Shown: positions 41,561-51,097, numbered from the stretch's first letter. The stretch: DNA of 64,000 nucleotides from Clostridia bacterium (GCA_040767365.1 JAXGOR010000004.1:971-64970), one strand, 5' to 3'. Program-made: numbers and translations. The notes: generated by a model from the letters alone, not told the origin.

Positions 41561-42064
41561 CTACTGATAGCCCCCCACCGCCCGGTGACTGCCCCGGTTG
41601 CCCGAGTGGGCGTGGCAGATGGCCACCGCCAAGGCATCGGCGGCGTCATCGGGTCTTGGCATCCTGCTGAGTTTCAGGAGAAGTCGGACCATCTCCTGGA
41701 TCTGTTTCTTTTCGGCCCTGCCATAGCCGGTAACGGCCTGTTTGACCTGGGCCGGCGTGTATTCAAAAACGGGAACACCGGCGCGGGCGGCGGCGACGAC
41801 AGCGACACCGCGCGCCTGGGCCGTCCCTATGGCCGTGGTCGTATTCCGGCTGAAGAAGAGTTCCTCTATGACAAAACAGTCGGGCTTGTAGCGGTTGGAA
41901 AGCTCCGTCAAGGCCTGGTCAATCGCCAGGAGCCTGTCGGGGAAAGGGGTGCCGGCCTCCGTCTTGATGACGCCGTAATCGATGGCCCGCAAACGTTTGT
42001 CCTCATAGCGAATGACCCCGAAACCGGTGATGGCATAACCCGGGTCAATGCCCAGTATAATCAC
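41561..42064 (-). CDS. ruvC: crossover junction endodeoxyribonuclease RuvC
   Basis: (V)IILGIDPGYAITGFGVI... GTG at 42064 preceded by GGGGG. The ORF-track start at 42100 adds 12 atypical residues. Confidence 0.85.
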   Translation of the reverse strand: MIILGIDPGYAITGFGVIRYEDKRLRAIDYGVIKTEAGTPFPDRLLAIDQALTELSNRYKPDCFVIEELFFSRNTTTAIGTAQARGVAVVAAARAGVPVFEYTPAQVKQAVTGYGRAEKKQIQEMVRLLLKLSRMPRPDDAADALAVAICHAHSGNRGSHRAVGGYQ

Positions 42065-42106
42065 TTCAGCACCCCCTGCCTGGCGGTCGGCCCTGGTCAT
42101 CCTGGC

Positions 42107-43105
42107 TTATTTCTTCATGAAGTCGTGCAGCGTCCTGATATTCTCCACCCAGTTGATATCGTACATCTCCATGCCGCGCACAGTCACCTTGGCCTTGTAG
42201 GTCTCAACGGGCAGGGACAGCTGGTCAAAGGAATAGGAACTATAGGAGGGGAAATTGAGGACCAGGCCCATGAACTCACCGTCCCTCATGTTGGTGGTGA
42301 TCGTGGGCATGAGGGCCTCGGCCGTTGAGGTCAACTGGGCGGGATTGCTCCCCTTCATCTTCTGGAAAAGGCTGAAGATGACCTTCCTCTGCCTTTCCAT
42401 CCGTTTGAAATCCGAGTCCAGTACCCGGATCCGGGAATAAGCCAGGGCGGTCGTACCGTTCAAAACCTGGGTCCCGGCACTGTAGGACCCATAGCCGTGT
42501 TCCGTCAGGTACTTGGCCTCGGCCGCCGTCAGGTCGATATTCACGCCCCCCACCGTATTGATGGCCTTTTCAAATCCTGAAAAGTCCGTGGCGATATATT
42601 TGGAGACGTCAACCCGGAAATTCCGCTGGATGGTCTTCAGCAAGAGCCGGGGCCCTCCCCAGGTGTGGGCGGCGTTCAGCATGTAGCGGGAGGAATAGTG
42701 CTTGCGGTAGGCGGGATCGGGATCGTCAGGAATACTGACATAGATGGCCCGCATGAGGGAGGTCAGGTGGAGGGACTTGGTCCTGTTGTTGATGGTGAGT
42801 AGCATCATGGCGTCCGAGCGCCCATGACTTGAAGGATCCCGGGTATCGGAGCCGATGATCAGGATATTGGTGATCTCCTTGTCCTGGAGTACGGGGATCC
42901 GCATGCCCTCCTTCATGTTGGCGGGCACATCCAATTTTTCCAGGTCCTTCTCGATCTCGATCTTCCCGATATCATCAAAGTGACGCAGGCCGATGATATG
43001 ATACAAGTACACATAGGCAAAGGTAGCCGTCGCCAGGATCATGCCGGCCAGGATACCGGCCACCGCGACCGCTACATTCCTTTTCTTGCGCACTTTTTTT
43101 TCCAT
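42107..43105 (-). CDS. LCP (LytR-CpsA-Psr) family protein
   Basis: MEKKVRKKRNVAVAVAGILAGMILA anchor plus an LCP domain (…ILIIGSDTRD…RSDAMMLLTIN…). The ORF-track start at 43159 lies inside the rpsT terminator. Confidence 0.85.
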   Translation of the reverse strand: MEKKVRKKRNVAVAVAGILAGMILATATFAYVYLYHIIGLRHFDDIGKIEIEKDLEKLDVPANMKEGMRIPVLQDKEITNILIIGSDTRDPSSHGRSDAMMLLTINNRTKSLHLTSLMRAIYVSIPDDPDPAYRKHYSSRYMLNAAHTWGGPRLLLKTIQRNFRVDVSKYIATDFSGFEKAINTVGGVNIDLTAAEAKYLTEHGYGSYSAGTQVLNGTTALAYSRIRVLDSDFKRMERQRKVIFSLFQKMKGSNPAQLTSTAEALMPTITTNMRDGEFMGLVLNFPSYSSYSFDQLSLPVETYKAKVTVRGMEMYDINWVENIRTLHDFMKK

Positions 43106-43130
43106 AGGGTCATTATATCGTATGAAGCTG

Positions 43131-43157
43131 AAAAAACGGCAGGAATCCTGCCGTTTC
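43131..43157 (-). terminator. Intrinsic terminator of rpsT
   Basis: Minus strand reads AAACGGCAGG-ATT-CCTGCCGTTTTTT. Confidence 0.8.
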
Positions 43158-43179
43158 AATCAGGGGACAGGGAAAGGGT

Positions 43180-43440
43180 TCAGGCGTCCAGGGGCTGGAC
43201 GCGCGCGATACGGGCCTTCCTGCGGGCCGCTGTATTCTTCGCGATCAAGCCGTCCGCCGCGGCCCGGTCGATCTTGGCCTGGGCCGTACGGGCAAGCGCC
43301 TCCGCCTCGGGAAGTCCCTGTTCCTTGGCCTCTATGGCCTTCTTTACCAGGGTCCTGAGCTCACTTCTCCGGCTCTTATTTGCCTCGGCCTTGGCCTGGG
43401 ATGACCTGACCCTCTTGATGGATGATTTTATATTGGGCAC
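43180..43440 (-). CDS. rpsT: 30S ribosomal protein S20
   Basis: (M)PNIKSSIKRVRSSQAKAEANKSRRSELRT... GTG start 7 nt after AGGAGG. Confidence 0.9.
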   Translation of the reverse strand: MPNIKSSIKRVRSSQAKAEANKSRRSELRTLVKKAIEAKEQGLPEAEALARTAQAKIDRAAADGLIAKNTAARRKARIARVQPLDA

Positions 43441-43482
43441 GCTTTTTCCTCCTGCCTAAATGCTCTTAGTTGAACACCGCGT

Positions 43483-43511
43483 ATTCTAGCACGGGCCCTC
43501 TTATGGCGCAA
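43483..43511 (-). promoter_or_regulatory. Candidate rpsT promoter
   Basis: Minus strand reads TTGCGC, 17 nt, TAGAAT. Confidence 0.4.
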
Positions 43512-43778
43512 GTCTGCATGACACAGGCGGGGCCGAATTATGGACAGATAAATGAATGCCACAAGAACGGCAAGATTGAGTGCGTCTAAGGATCAGTTAA
43601 CTAATTGATAGCTTTTGAGCAAGATTGTACGAAATGGGTCTCATCGACTTTGTTTCCTCAAAGGCTTCCTCTTGGTGCAAGCGAAGGCTATTGATCGTTT
43701 CAAATATTGATTTTGTTCTGGATAATTTTCTAATTTCCCCTAATCTATCGTGCACTTGGCAACCAGTTTATGTAGGGA

Positions 43779-44195
43779 TTACTCTGGCAGTCCAAGAAAC
43801 CAAGCAGGGTCGTCAGCGATTTTTCGCAGGACGTCATCATGTACCCGGTCCTGCACCTGGTGGGTTTCATAGCGAGTGATGGTTGCCAATCCCCAGTCGA
43901 GAGCCAGGGCCAGATCCTTCTGGCTAATGGCGTATCGATCCCTTATGCCCCGAATCTCATCGGATGTCAAGAGTTTTTTGTTGACCCTATAGGCATCTTT
44001 CATGGCCAGATTATTGGCTCGGATCATCGGCTCAGTTTCGAGGAAACCATCGGCTATGGAACAGTACTCATAAATGGCAAGATAATCCACGTCTTGGCCC
44101 TTGAAGACTTCTCTCTCCCTTACCTCGACGGTGTCGACCTGATGGACCTTCATACAATTCAGGCAGAGTTTATTCTCCGTCTTCTTGATCTTCAT
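43779..44195 (-). CDS. MqsA-family (zinc-ribbon + XRE HTH) antitoxin-like protein, possibly C-terminally truncated
   Basis: MKIKKTENKLCLNCMKVHQVD... with CxxC, and a HTH ISQKDLALALDWGLATITRYETHQVQD. SD GGAGGGAAG lies 6 nt before the ATG at 44195. The second zinc-ribbon CxxC is degenerate (CSIA). Confidence 0.6.
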   Translation of the reverse strand: MKIKKTENKLCLNCMKVHQVDTVEVREREVFKGQDVDYLAIYEYCSIADGFLETEPMIRANNLAMKDAYRVNKKLLTSDEIRGIRDRYAISQKDLALALDWGLATITRYETHQVQDRVHDDVLRKIADDPAWFLGLPE

Positions 44196-44787
44196 CCGGT
44201 CTTCCCTCCGATTCAGACAGTCCAGCATCACGGCATCCGAAGTAGTCCTCGGCCAGGATGGCGTAATAGCAGGCGTCCACCAATTTGTCGGGCTTGTAGA
44301 TGGCCTGCCGGTGGAGGCCTTCGTATTTCAGGCCGCACTTTTTCATGACCTGGCCGGAATGGACATTGTCCGGCTCGTGGCAGGACTCAATCCGGTTGAT
44401 GCCGACCTCCTCGAAGTAGAAACGGATCAACTCGGCAAAGGCTTCCGAGGTGTAGCCCTGGTGCCACCAGGCCTTGCCGATGCAGTAGCCCACATGGAGC
44501 ATGCGGATATTGTCCCGCCTCTCGACGGAACCGATGCTCCCGATCGGGGTACCGGACTCCTTCAGCACAATGGCCCAGCTGTAGTACTCGGGGAATTCGT
44601 AGCTGTTGACCCAGGAACGGAGGATGGTCCTGGTCTCCTGGAGGTCGGCGTGTGGTTCCCAGGACAGGTATTTTGTCACCTCCGGATCGCTGGCCCAGTT
44701 GTCATACATGGCCTGGGAGTCGTCCAGGGTAAAGGGACGGAGGATGAGCCTGTCCGTCTCCAGCCTGACTGTACCTTTGTGACGCAT
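44170..44787 (-). CDS. GNAT family N-acetyltransferase (RimJ/RimL-like)
   Basis: 205 aa: RLETDRLILRPFTLDDSQAMYDNWASDPEVTKYL...IGYCIGKAWWHQGYTSEA... ATG at 44787 lies 9 nt after AGGAGG. The upstream part of ORF 44170..45369 is antisense to rnj. Confidence 0.85.
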   Translation of the reverse strand: MRHKGTVRLETDRLILRPFTLDDSQAMYDNWASDPEVTKYLSWEPHADLQETRTILRSWVNSYEFPEYYSWAIVLKESGTPIGSIGSVERRDNIRMLHVGYCIGKAWWHQGYTSEAFAELIRFYFEEVGINRIESCHEPDNVHSGQVMKKCGLKYEGLHRQAIYKPDKLVDACYYAILAEDYFGCRDAGLSESEGRPDEDQEDGE

Positions 44788-44970
44788 AATGCCCAACCTC
44801 CTGCCGCTGACTTTTCTCATGTTATCATTAATCCCAGCGTCTAACCGGTGACGCCTTGTCACCGCTTGCTTATAGAAAATTGAAGGAATCGAGAGGAAAA
44901 CAAGATTAGTAAAGAGAAGAAGAAAAAAACAAGCGAAAAAACCCCAAGCCCGAGCCGGAAATCCCTGCGG

Positions 44971-46620
44971 GTGATCCCGCTGGGCGGTATGCGGGAAATC
45001 GGCAAAAATATGACCGTCTTTGAATACGGCCAGGACCTGCTCATCATCGACAGCGGTATGGCCTTCCCCGACACCAGCATGCCTGGTATCGACATCATCA
45101 TCCCGGACTTCACCTATCTGAGGGAGAACCGTGACAAGATCCGGGGAATCATAATCACCCACGGCCATGAGGACCATATCGGGGCCCTGCCCTGGTTCCT
45201 GAAGGAATTTGATGTCCCCATCTACGCCACCCCCATGGCCATGAAGCTGGTTGAAATCAAGCTGGACAACTTCCGGCCCAAGGTAAGCAGCAAGAAGAAA
45301 CAGATTGTCCGCGCCGGGGAAAGCATCAATATAGGGGAATTCCATATCGAATTCGTCCATGTCAACCACTCCATCGCCGACGCCGTGTCCATCGCCTTGT
45401 CGACGCCGGTCGGGACCATCTTCTATACAGGGGATTTCAAGATCGACTACACGCCGACCACGGTCGAGCCCATCGACCTGGGCAAGATCGCGGAAATCGG
45501 CAACAATGGGGTCCTGGCCCTGATATCGGAGAGCACAAATGCCGAAAGACCCGGCCGTTCCCTGTCCGAACGTGAGGTGGGCAAGGCCTTCAAGGAGATC
45601 TTCTCCGAGGCTGAGGGCCGGATCATAGTGGCCACCTTTTCATCCAATGTCTTCCGCCTCCAGCAGGTCATCACGACGGCTGAGGCCTTCGGCAGGAAGG
45701 TCCTGATCCTGGGCAGGAGCATGCTGAACGTCTTCGAGGCGGCCAAGAGCCTTGGCTACCTGACCTACCAGCCCTCGACCATCATTGACATCCAGAGTCT
45801 TGACAGCATTCCCAAGGAAAAGACGGTCATCCTGGCAACAGGTAGCCAGGGGGAACCCATGTCGGCCCTGACCCGGATCGCCTTTTCCGAGCACCGGAGC
45901 ACGGAGATCATGGAAGGCGACACCGTCATCCTATCCTCCAGCATGATCCCGGGCAATGAGGAGGCCATTTTCCGGGTGGTCAATGAGCTCTTCATGAAGG
46001 GGGCCCAGGTCATCTACGAATCCCTTTCGGAAGTCCACGCCTCCGGGCATGCCTGCCAGGACGAGTTGAAGCAGATCATCGCCCTGACCCGGCCCAAGTA
46101 CTTCATCCCCTCCCACGGCGAATTCCGCATGCTCTACCGGCACGCCGAACTGGCCAGCGCCATGGGGATCCCCCACGACCAGATCATCCTCCTGAAGAAC
46201 GGTGATATCCTGGAATTTCCCGAGGACGGGTCCGCCCGTTTCGCCGGTTATACGGAAGGGGCCGGTATCCTGATCGACGGGTCGGGCATGGGCGATGTCG
46301 ACGAGTACGTGTTGCGCGACAGGTTGAGGCTGGCTGAGGAGGGTGTGGTCTCGGTCATGATCGTCATCGACGCCCAGGCCAACCGCCTCTACGGTGATCC
46401 CATCATCCAGGCCAAGGGCTTCATCTATGAGAGCGAGATGAAGCACATGATCAGCCTTTGCCAGGACCGGGTCAAGGAAATCGCCGAAGAACTCTGGAAC
46501 AGGAAGAAGCCGCTGGCGGTCCATATGACTTCCGCGGATGTCAAGGACAAGATTCAGAAGTCACTCTTCCAATACACCAGACGCCGGCCCATAGTCATGG
46601 TCTCCGTCGCCTCCATCTGA
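44971..46620 (+). CDS. rnj: ribonuclease J
   Basis: IPLGGMREIGKNMTVFEY..., the ITHGHEDHIGALPW metallo-beta-lactamase motif and a beta-CASP domain. The true start is uncertain and may lie upstream (see findings). Confidence 0.9.
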   Translation: MIPLGGMREIGKNMTVFEYGQDLLIIDSGMAFPDTSMPGIDIIIPDFTYLRENRDKIRGIIITHGHEDHIGALPWFLKEFDVPIYATPMAMKLVEIKLDNFRPKVSSKKKQIVRAGESINIGEFHIEFVHVNHSIADAVSIALSTPVGTIFYTGDFKIDYTPTTVEPIDLGKIAEIGNNGVLALISESTNAERPGRSLSEREVGKAFKEIFSEAEGRIIVATFSSNVFRLQQVITTAEAFGRKVLILGRSMLNVFEAAKSLGYLTYQPSTIIDIQSLDSIPKEKTVILATGSQGEPMSALTRIAFSEHRSTEIMEGDTVILSSSMIPGNEEAIFRVVNELFMKGAQVIYESLSEVHASGHACQDELKQIIALTRPKYFIPSHGEFRMLYRHAELASAMGIPHDQIILLKNGDILEFPEDGSARFAGYTEGAGILIDGSGMGDVDEYVLRDRLRLAEEGVVSVMIVIDAQANRLYGDPIIQAKGFIYESEMKHMISLCQDRVKEIAEELWNRKKPLAVHMTSADVKDKIQKSLFQYTRRRPIVMVSVASI

Positions 46621-46622
46621 TC

Positions 46623-48968
46623 TCAGTTATGGCCGCGTGTGACTCTGACCACGCTGTCGATTGCCTTCAGCCGTCCGACCAGGCGGTCGTACTGGGCCTG
46701 GTTCTCAATCTCCACCGTGACGAGGAGGTTGGCGCTGATATCCCGGGCCGATGAGATGCGGGCCGACTGGACGGACACCTGTTCCTCGGCGATGGCCGCC
46801 GAGATTTCCGCCAGCAGGTTGGTCCGGTCCCGGGCGATGATCCTGATGTCGACGGGATAGGCCCGGTGCGACTCGAGCGAGTCGGTGGTCCAGAGCACGT
46901 CAATCAGGCGGGAGGCCCGCTCGGCATCCTCCGGGGAACGGTCGAAGGAGGCCAGGATGTTGCGGATGTTGGGGCAGTCGATCCGGTGGATGGCCACGCC
47001 GGTGCCGCGGGTCACATAGCCGATGATCTGGTCACCCGGGACAGGGTTGCAGCAGCGGGACATGCGGACCAGGGCATTGTCCAGTCCCTTGACCTTGACC
47101 GGAATCGCCTTCTCCTTCTTCTTCTTCTTTTTTACCGGCTTGACGTCCGCCTGGTCAAGGATCAGGGCCTCACTCACCAGGAGATTGGGTGGGTTGTGGA
47201 TGACCTGGCCCGACTTGGAGATCCGGTAGCCCAGCTTGACCCGCTCCTCCTCCGGCAGGGAGGTCACGTGGGCGTCCCGGAGCTTGGGGACGATCCGGGT
47301 AACCGGCAGGCCACCGTAGCCGACCCCGGCCAGGAGGTCCTCGATGGAGTTGAAGGAATAGCGCTTGAGCAGGGGGGCGACATACTCTTTCTTGAGCAGC
47401 TGGGCGGGCTGGAAGCCCAGCTTATGGATTTCGCGGTCGATGATCTCCCGGCCCCTGGCTATGTTCTCGTCACGCCTCTCCCTTTTGAACCAGGAAGAAA
47501 TCTTGGTCCGGGCCGTGCTGCTCTTGACGATATTCAGCCAATCCCGCGAAGGCCCCCTCACCTTGTCGGAAGTCAGGATCTCCACGATGTCCCCGTTCTT
47601 CAATTCATAGGTCAGGGAGACGATCCGGCCGTTGACCTTGGCCCCATACATGGAATTGCCGATATCACTGTGGATATGGTAGGCGAAATCGACGGGGACG
47701 GCCCCGGCGGGCAGGGCGATCACCTTGCCCATGGGGGTGAAGACGAAGACCTCCTCGGGGATCAGGCCCTCCTTCAGGGCATCCATGTAGTCGTGAGCGT
47801 CACTCATATCGCTCTGCCACTCCAGGAGCTGGCGGAGCCAGGAGAGCCTGACCTCGAAGATATCCTGTTTTTTGTCGGTCGACCCCTCCTTGTAGCGCCA
47901 GTGGGCCGCGATACCGTATTCGGCTGTGCGGTGCATCTCCTCCGTCCTGATCTGGACCTCAAAGGGGATGCCGCGGTGGCCGATCACCGTGGTGTGAAGG
48001 GACTGGTAGCCATTGCTCTTGGGCATGGCGATGTAGTCACGGAAACGGCCGGGGATCGGCTTGTAAAGCTCATGGACCAGGCCCAGGACGGCATAGCATT
48101 CACTCAGGGTGGGGACGATGATCCGGGTGGCGAAGAGGTCATAGATCTCGTCCAGCTGCCGGTCCTGGACCTTCATCTTCCGGTAGATGCTGTAAAAATG
48201 CTTGGGCCTGCCCTCAATATCGGCCCGGATCCCCATGGCCGCGATCTTCAGGGTCAGCTCCTCGGTGATCTCATTCAGATAGTCCTCCCGGTCCGAACGG
48301 CGCTGGGAGAGCATGCCGACCAGCTCGTAATAGGCGTCGGGGTCCAGGTAGCGGAGGCTCAGGTCCTCAAGTTCCCACTTGATCCTGTGGATACCCAGCC
48401 GGGCGGCCAGGGGGGCATAGATATCGAGGGTTTCACGGGCTGTCGCGATCTGCTTGTCCCGTTCCTTGTACTTCATGGTCCGCATATTATGGAGGCGGTC
48501 GGCCAGCTTGATCAGGACCACCCGGATATCCTTGGCCATGGCCAGGAGCATCTTGCGGAAATTCTGGGCCTGCATCTCCTCCTTGGAGGAGTAGGAGATC
48601 CGGGACAGCTTGGTCACGCCGTCCACCAGCTCGGCGATATCGTCACCCAGCTGCTCACGGACCTCCTCCAGGGTCACCTCGGTGTCCTCGACCACATCGT
48701 GGATCAGGGCGGCTGCCAGGGTATACTCGTCGGCGATGCCCAGCTCAAAGAGGATCTTCATGGCGGCGACAGGATGGATGATGTAGGGCTCCCCTGTCGC
48801 CCGGAATTGCGTCCTGTGGGCCTCCCTGGCCATGGCATAGGCGGCCGGGAGCGGGCCGGCATCCTCACGATGGGCCAGTTTCTTCCAGTCCTCGATGAAG
48901 CCCTCCAGGTCTTCATCGACCGCGGTGAGTGTCGCGAGCTGATCTTTTGTGTAGACGATCTCCGTCAT
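46623..48968 (-). CDS. relA: bifunctional (p)ppGpp synthetase/hydrolase RelA/SpoT family
   Basis: HD domain (HDVVEDT), a synthetase domain, and TGS and ACT domains. The ATG at 48968 forms an ATGA overlap with the recJ stop. Confidence 0.95.
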   Translation of the reverse strand: MTEIVYTKDQLATLTAVDEDLEGFIEDWKKLAHREDAGPLPAAYAMAREAHRTQFRATGEPYIIHPVAAMKILFELGIADEYTLAAALIHDVVEDTEVTLEEVREQLGDDIAELVDGVTKLSRISYSSKEEMQAQNFRKMLLAMAKDIRVVLIKLADRLHNMRTMKYKERDKQIATARETLDIYAPLAARLGIHRIKWELEDLSLRYLDPDAYYELVGMLSQRRSDREDYLNEITEELTLKIAAMGIRADIEGRPKHFYSIYRKMKVQDRQLDEIYDLFATRIIVPTLSECYAVLGLVHELYKPIPGRFRDYIAMPKSNGYQSLHTTVIGHRGIPFEVQIRTEEMHRTAEYGIAAHWRYKEGSTDKKQDIFEVRLSWLRQLLEWQSDMSDAHDYMDALKEGLIPEEVFVFTPMGKVIALPAGAVPVDFAYHIHSDIGNSMYGAKVNGRIVSLTYELKNGDIVEILTSDKVRGPSRDWLNIVKSSTARTKISSWFKRERRDENIARGREIIDREIHKLGFQPAQLLKKEYVAPLLKRYSFNSIEDLLAGVGYGGLPVTRIVPKLRDAHVTSLPEEERVKLGYRISKSGQVIHNPPNLLVSEALILDQADVKPVKKKKKKEKAIPVKVKGLDNALVRMSRCCNPVPGDQIIGYVTRGTGVAIHRIDCPNIRNILASFDRSPEDAERASRLIDVLWTTDSLESHRAYPVDIRIIARDRTNLLAEISAAIAEEQVSVQSARISSARDISANLLVTVEIENQAQYDRLVGRLKAIDSVVRVTRGHN

Positions 48969-51097
48969 GCTTTGAGGAACCCCCAAGCCGCCAGTTTCCT
49001 CCAGAGGCTGGAGTTGGACAAGGCTGGTTTATGTCCTTCCATCTGATTGACCTTAAAGGCAAAGGCCTCTTCGTCGCCCCGGGCAAGCTGGATCAGGCCG
49101 GCTTCCCGAAGGATGGCGAGCGCGAGCAGGATGTCAAGTGCCCCCGCCTCAACATTATAGCGGTGTGACAAAAGCCAGGCCAGACGGACCGGAACAAATG
49201 TCACCGTCCGGCGGGCCGGGCCGGAAAGGCGGGTCATCTGCTGCCACAAGGCGGTAAAGAGGCTTGGCGACAGGGAGGGCAGGAGCTTGGTCCGGGGCCT
49301 GTCCCCCTCTTCCGGGGCGCCGGCCCACCGCTCAAAGGCGGCCGAGGCCTCCCGGTTCAGCCGGTCCTGGCCGGCCGGTCTCAGATCCAGGAGGCGGAGC
49401 TGGACGGACACCTGGTTCCGCCAGCTGTTGATCTCGGGGATGGCCAAGACATCAATGACCTGGCCCGGGCTGTAGAAGGCCTCCTCGTCACCGCGGCCGA
49501 ACAAGAGGGCGTCCAGGGCCCGCATGGAGGGATCGGGCGTCCTCAATACCAGCTTGAGATGGCGGCCCTCACCCACCCGCTGGAGGGATTCAATGGTCAA
49601 ATCGTCCAGCCAGACCAGGGGGCGTTCAAAGCCGGTCCCTGTCGGCTCAAAGCTGTCAAACTCCCTGACCAGGTCAAGGTCGATGGCCCCGCCCGGGAGC
49701 CTGATGTCGGCCTCATAGGGTTGAAGGCGGTCCTGGAGGGGGATGGCCCCGATAACCTCATTCATGCGCTCCCGGAAGGCGGCCAGGTTCTCCACCTTCA
49801 GGGTCAGGCCCGCGGCGCCCGCGTGGCCACCGAACTTCTCCAGGAGGGGCCGGGCCGAACTGATGGCCTCGATCAGGTCGATCCGGCCAAAGGACCGGGC
49901 CGAGCCCGTCAGCCGGCCATTCTCCTCGATCAGGGTCATGGCGGGCATTCGGAGATTCTCAACCAGGCGGGAGCTCACAATCCCCAGGACACCGGCATGC
50001 CAGCCCTTGCCTGCAGCGATGGCCACCACGGACGGGCCCCCCCTGTCCCCGGCCAGGACGGCCTTCAGCGCTTCCTGGTAGACACAGCGCTCCGCCTGCC
50101 GCCGCTTCCGGTTGAGCTGGTCCAGGTCGGAGGCCAGCCGGTCAGCCCGGGCCGGTTGGTCCTCCAAAAGTAAATCCAGGGCCAGCCGTACATCCCCCAT
50201 CCTCCCGGCGGCATTGAGCCTGGGGGCGACGGAGAAGGCGATATCCCGCGCGCTCGGTGCCGACTTATCCAGGCTGGCCGCGCGGTGGACGGCCTTCAGA
50301 CCCTCCGGCGCCTCCGTCCCGAAGAGGGCCAGCCCCTGGCGGACAATGATCCGGTTGGCCCCGGTCAGGGGGACGACATCGGCAATGGTACCGACAGCCG
50401 CCAGGGAGAAGAGTGTCGGCCGGATGGGCGATATCGACTTCCTGAAGGCGTCGAGGGCCAGGGTCAGGAAGAGGGCCACCCCGGCCCCCGAGAGCTGCTT
50501 GTAGGGGAAGGTCTCCCGGCCCAGGGAGGGGTTGATGAGCGGGATCCCGATGATCTCGGAAGCGGCGGTGGCCTGGTGATGGTCCGTCACGACCACCTCG
50601 ATCCCCCTCTCCTTCAGCTGGCAGACTGAATCGGGGGAAGAGGTCCCTGTATCGACCGTGATCACCAGGTCGGGCCGATGGAGCTCGATTTCATCAACCA
50701 GGGAGGAGGAGAGTCCGTAGCCGTCATCAAAGCGGTCCGGGATCAGGATGAAGGGCTCCTGGCCCCAGTCCTTGAAATAGCGGGCCAGGAGGGCGGCCGC
50801 CGTCAGGCCGTCCGCGTCGTAGTCACCGAAGATGAGGAGGCGGGGGGATTCCTGGCCCAGGATTTCGCCGATCAGCCGGCAGGCCGCTTCCATATCACGG
50901 AAGAGGAAGGGATCGGGAAGGTCGTCAGGGGTCGAATCGAAGAGCTCGTAGCGTTTTTCCGGCATGTCAAAACCGCGCGCCTCCAGGACGCGCGTCACAA
51001 CAGCCTTATCCTCCTGGCCTTCGGGCGACTCCAGAAGGCGCCAGGGAGTGGGATGAAGCCAGTTCAGTATCTCTCGATTGAGCCTGTCCTCCGTCAT
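48965..51097 (-). CDS. recJ: single-stranded-DNA-specific exonuclease RecJ
   Basis: DHH motifs (IFGDYDADGLT, VVTDHH) and DHHA1 (GGHAGAAG). 710 aa. Confidence 0.9.
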   Translation of the reverse strand: MTEDRLNREILNWLHPTPWRLLESPEGQEDKAVVTRVLEARGFDMPEKRYELFDSTPDDLPDPFLFRDMEAACRLIGEILGQESPRLLIFGDYDADGLTAAALLARYFKDWGQEPFILIPDRFDDGYGLSSSLVDEIELHRPDLVITVDTGTSSPDSVCQLKERGIEVVVTDHHQATAASEIIGIPLINPSLGRETFPYKQLSGAGVALFLTLALDAFRKSISPIRPTLFSLAAVGTIADVVPLTGANRIIVRQGLALFGTEAPEGLKAVHRAASLDKSAPSARDIAFSVAPRLNAAGRMGDVRLALDLLLEDQPARADRLASDLDQLNRKRRQAERCVYQEALKAVLAGDRGGPSVVAIAAGKGWHAGVLGIVSSRLVENLRMPAMTLIEENGRLTGSARSFGRIDLIEAISSARPLLEKFGGHAGAAGLTLKVENLAAFRERMNEVIGAIPLQDRLQPYEADIRLPGGAIDLDLVREFDSFEPTGTGFERPLVWLDDLTIESLQRVGEGRHLKLVLRTPDPSMRALDALLFGRGDEEAFYSPGQVIDVLAIPEINSWRNQVSVQLRLLDLRPAGQDRLNREASAAFERWAGAPEEGDRPRTKLLPSLSPSLFTALWQQMTRLSGPARRTVTFVPVRLAWLLSHRYNVEAGALDILLALAILREAGLIQLARGDEEAFAFKVNQMEGHKPALSNSSLWRKLAAWGFLKA

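Noticed and set aside
46620-46623. Convergent rnj and relA stops lie only 2 nt apart with no terminator. The 20-nt convergent overlap at 34051..34070 and the shared CTAG stops at 4757..4760 are similar cases.
   Set aside because: These are real observations, but tight convergent packing is common in compact GC-rich genomes. I could not attach any specific function to it.
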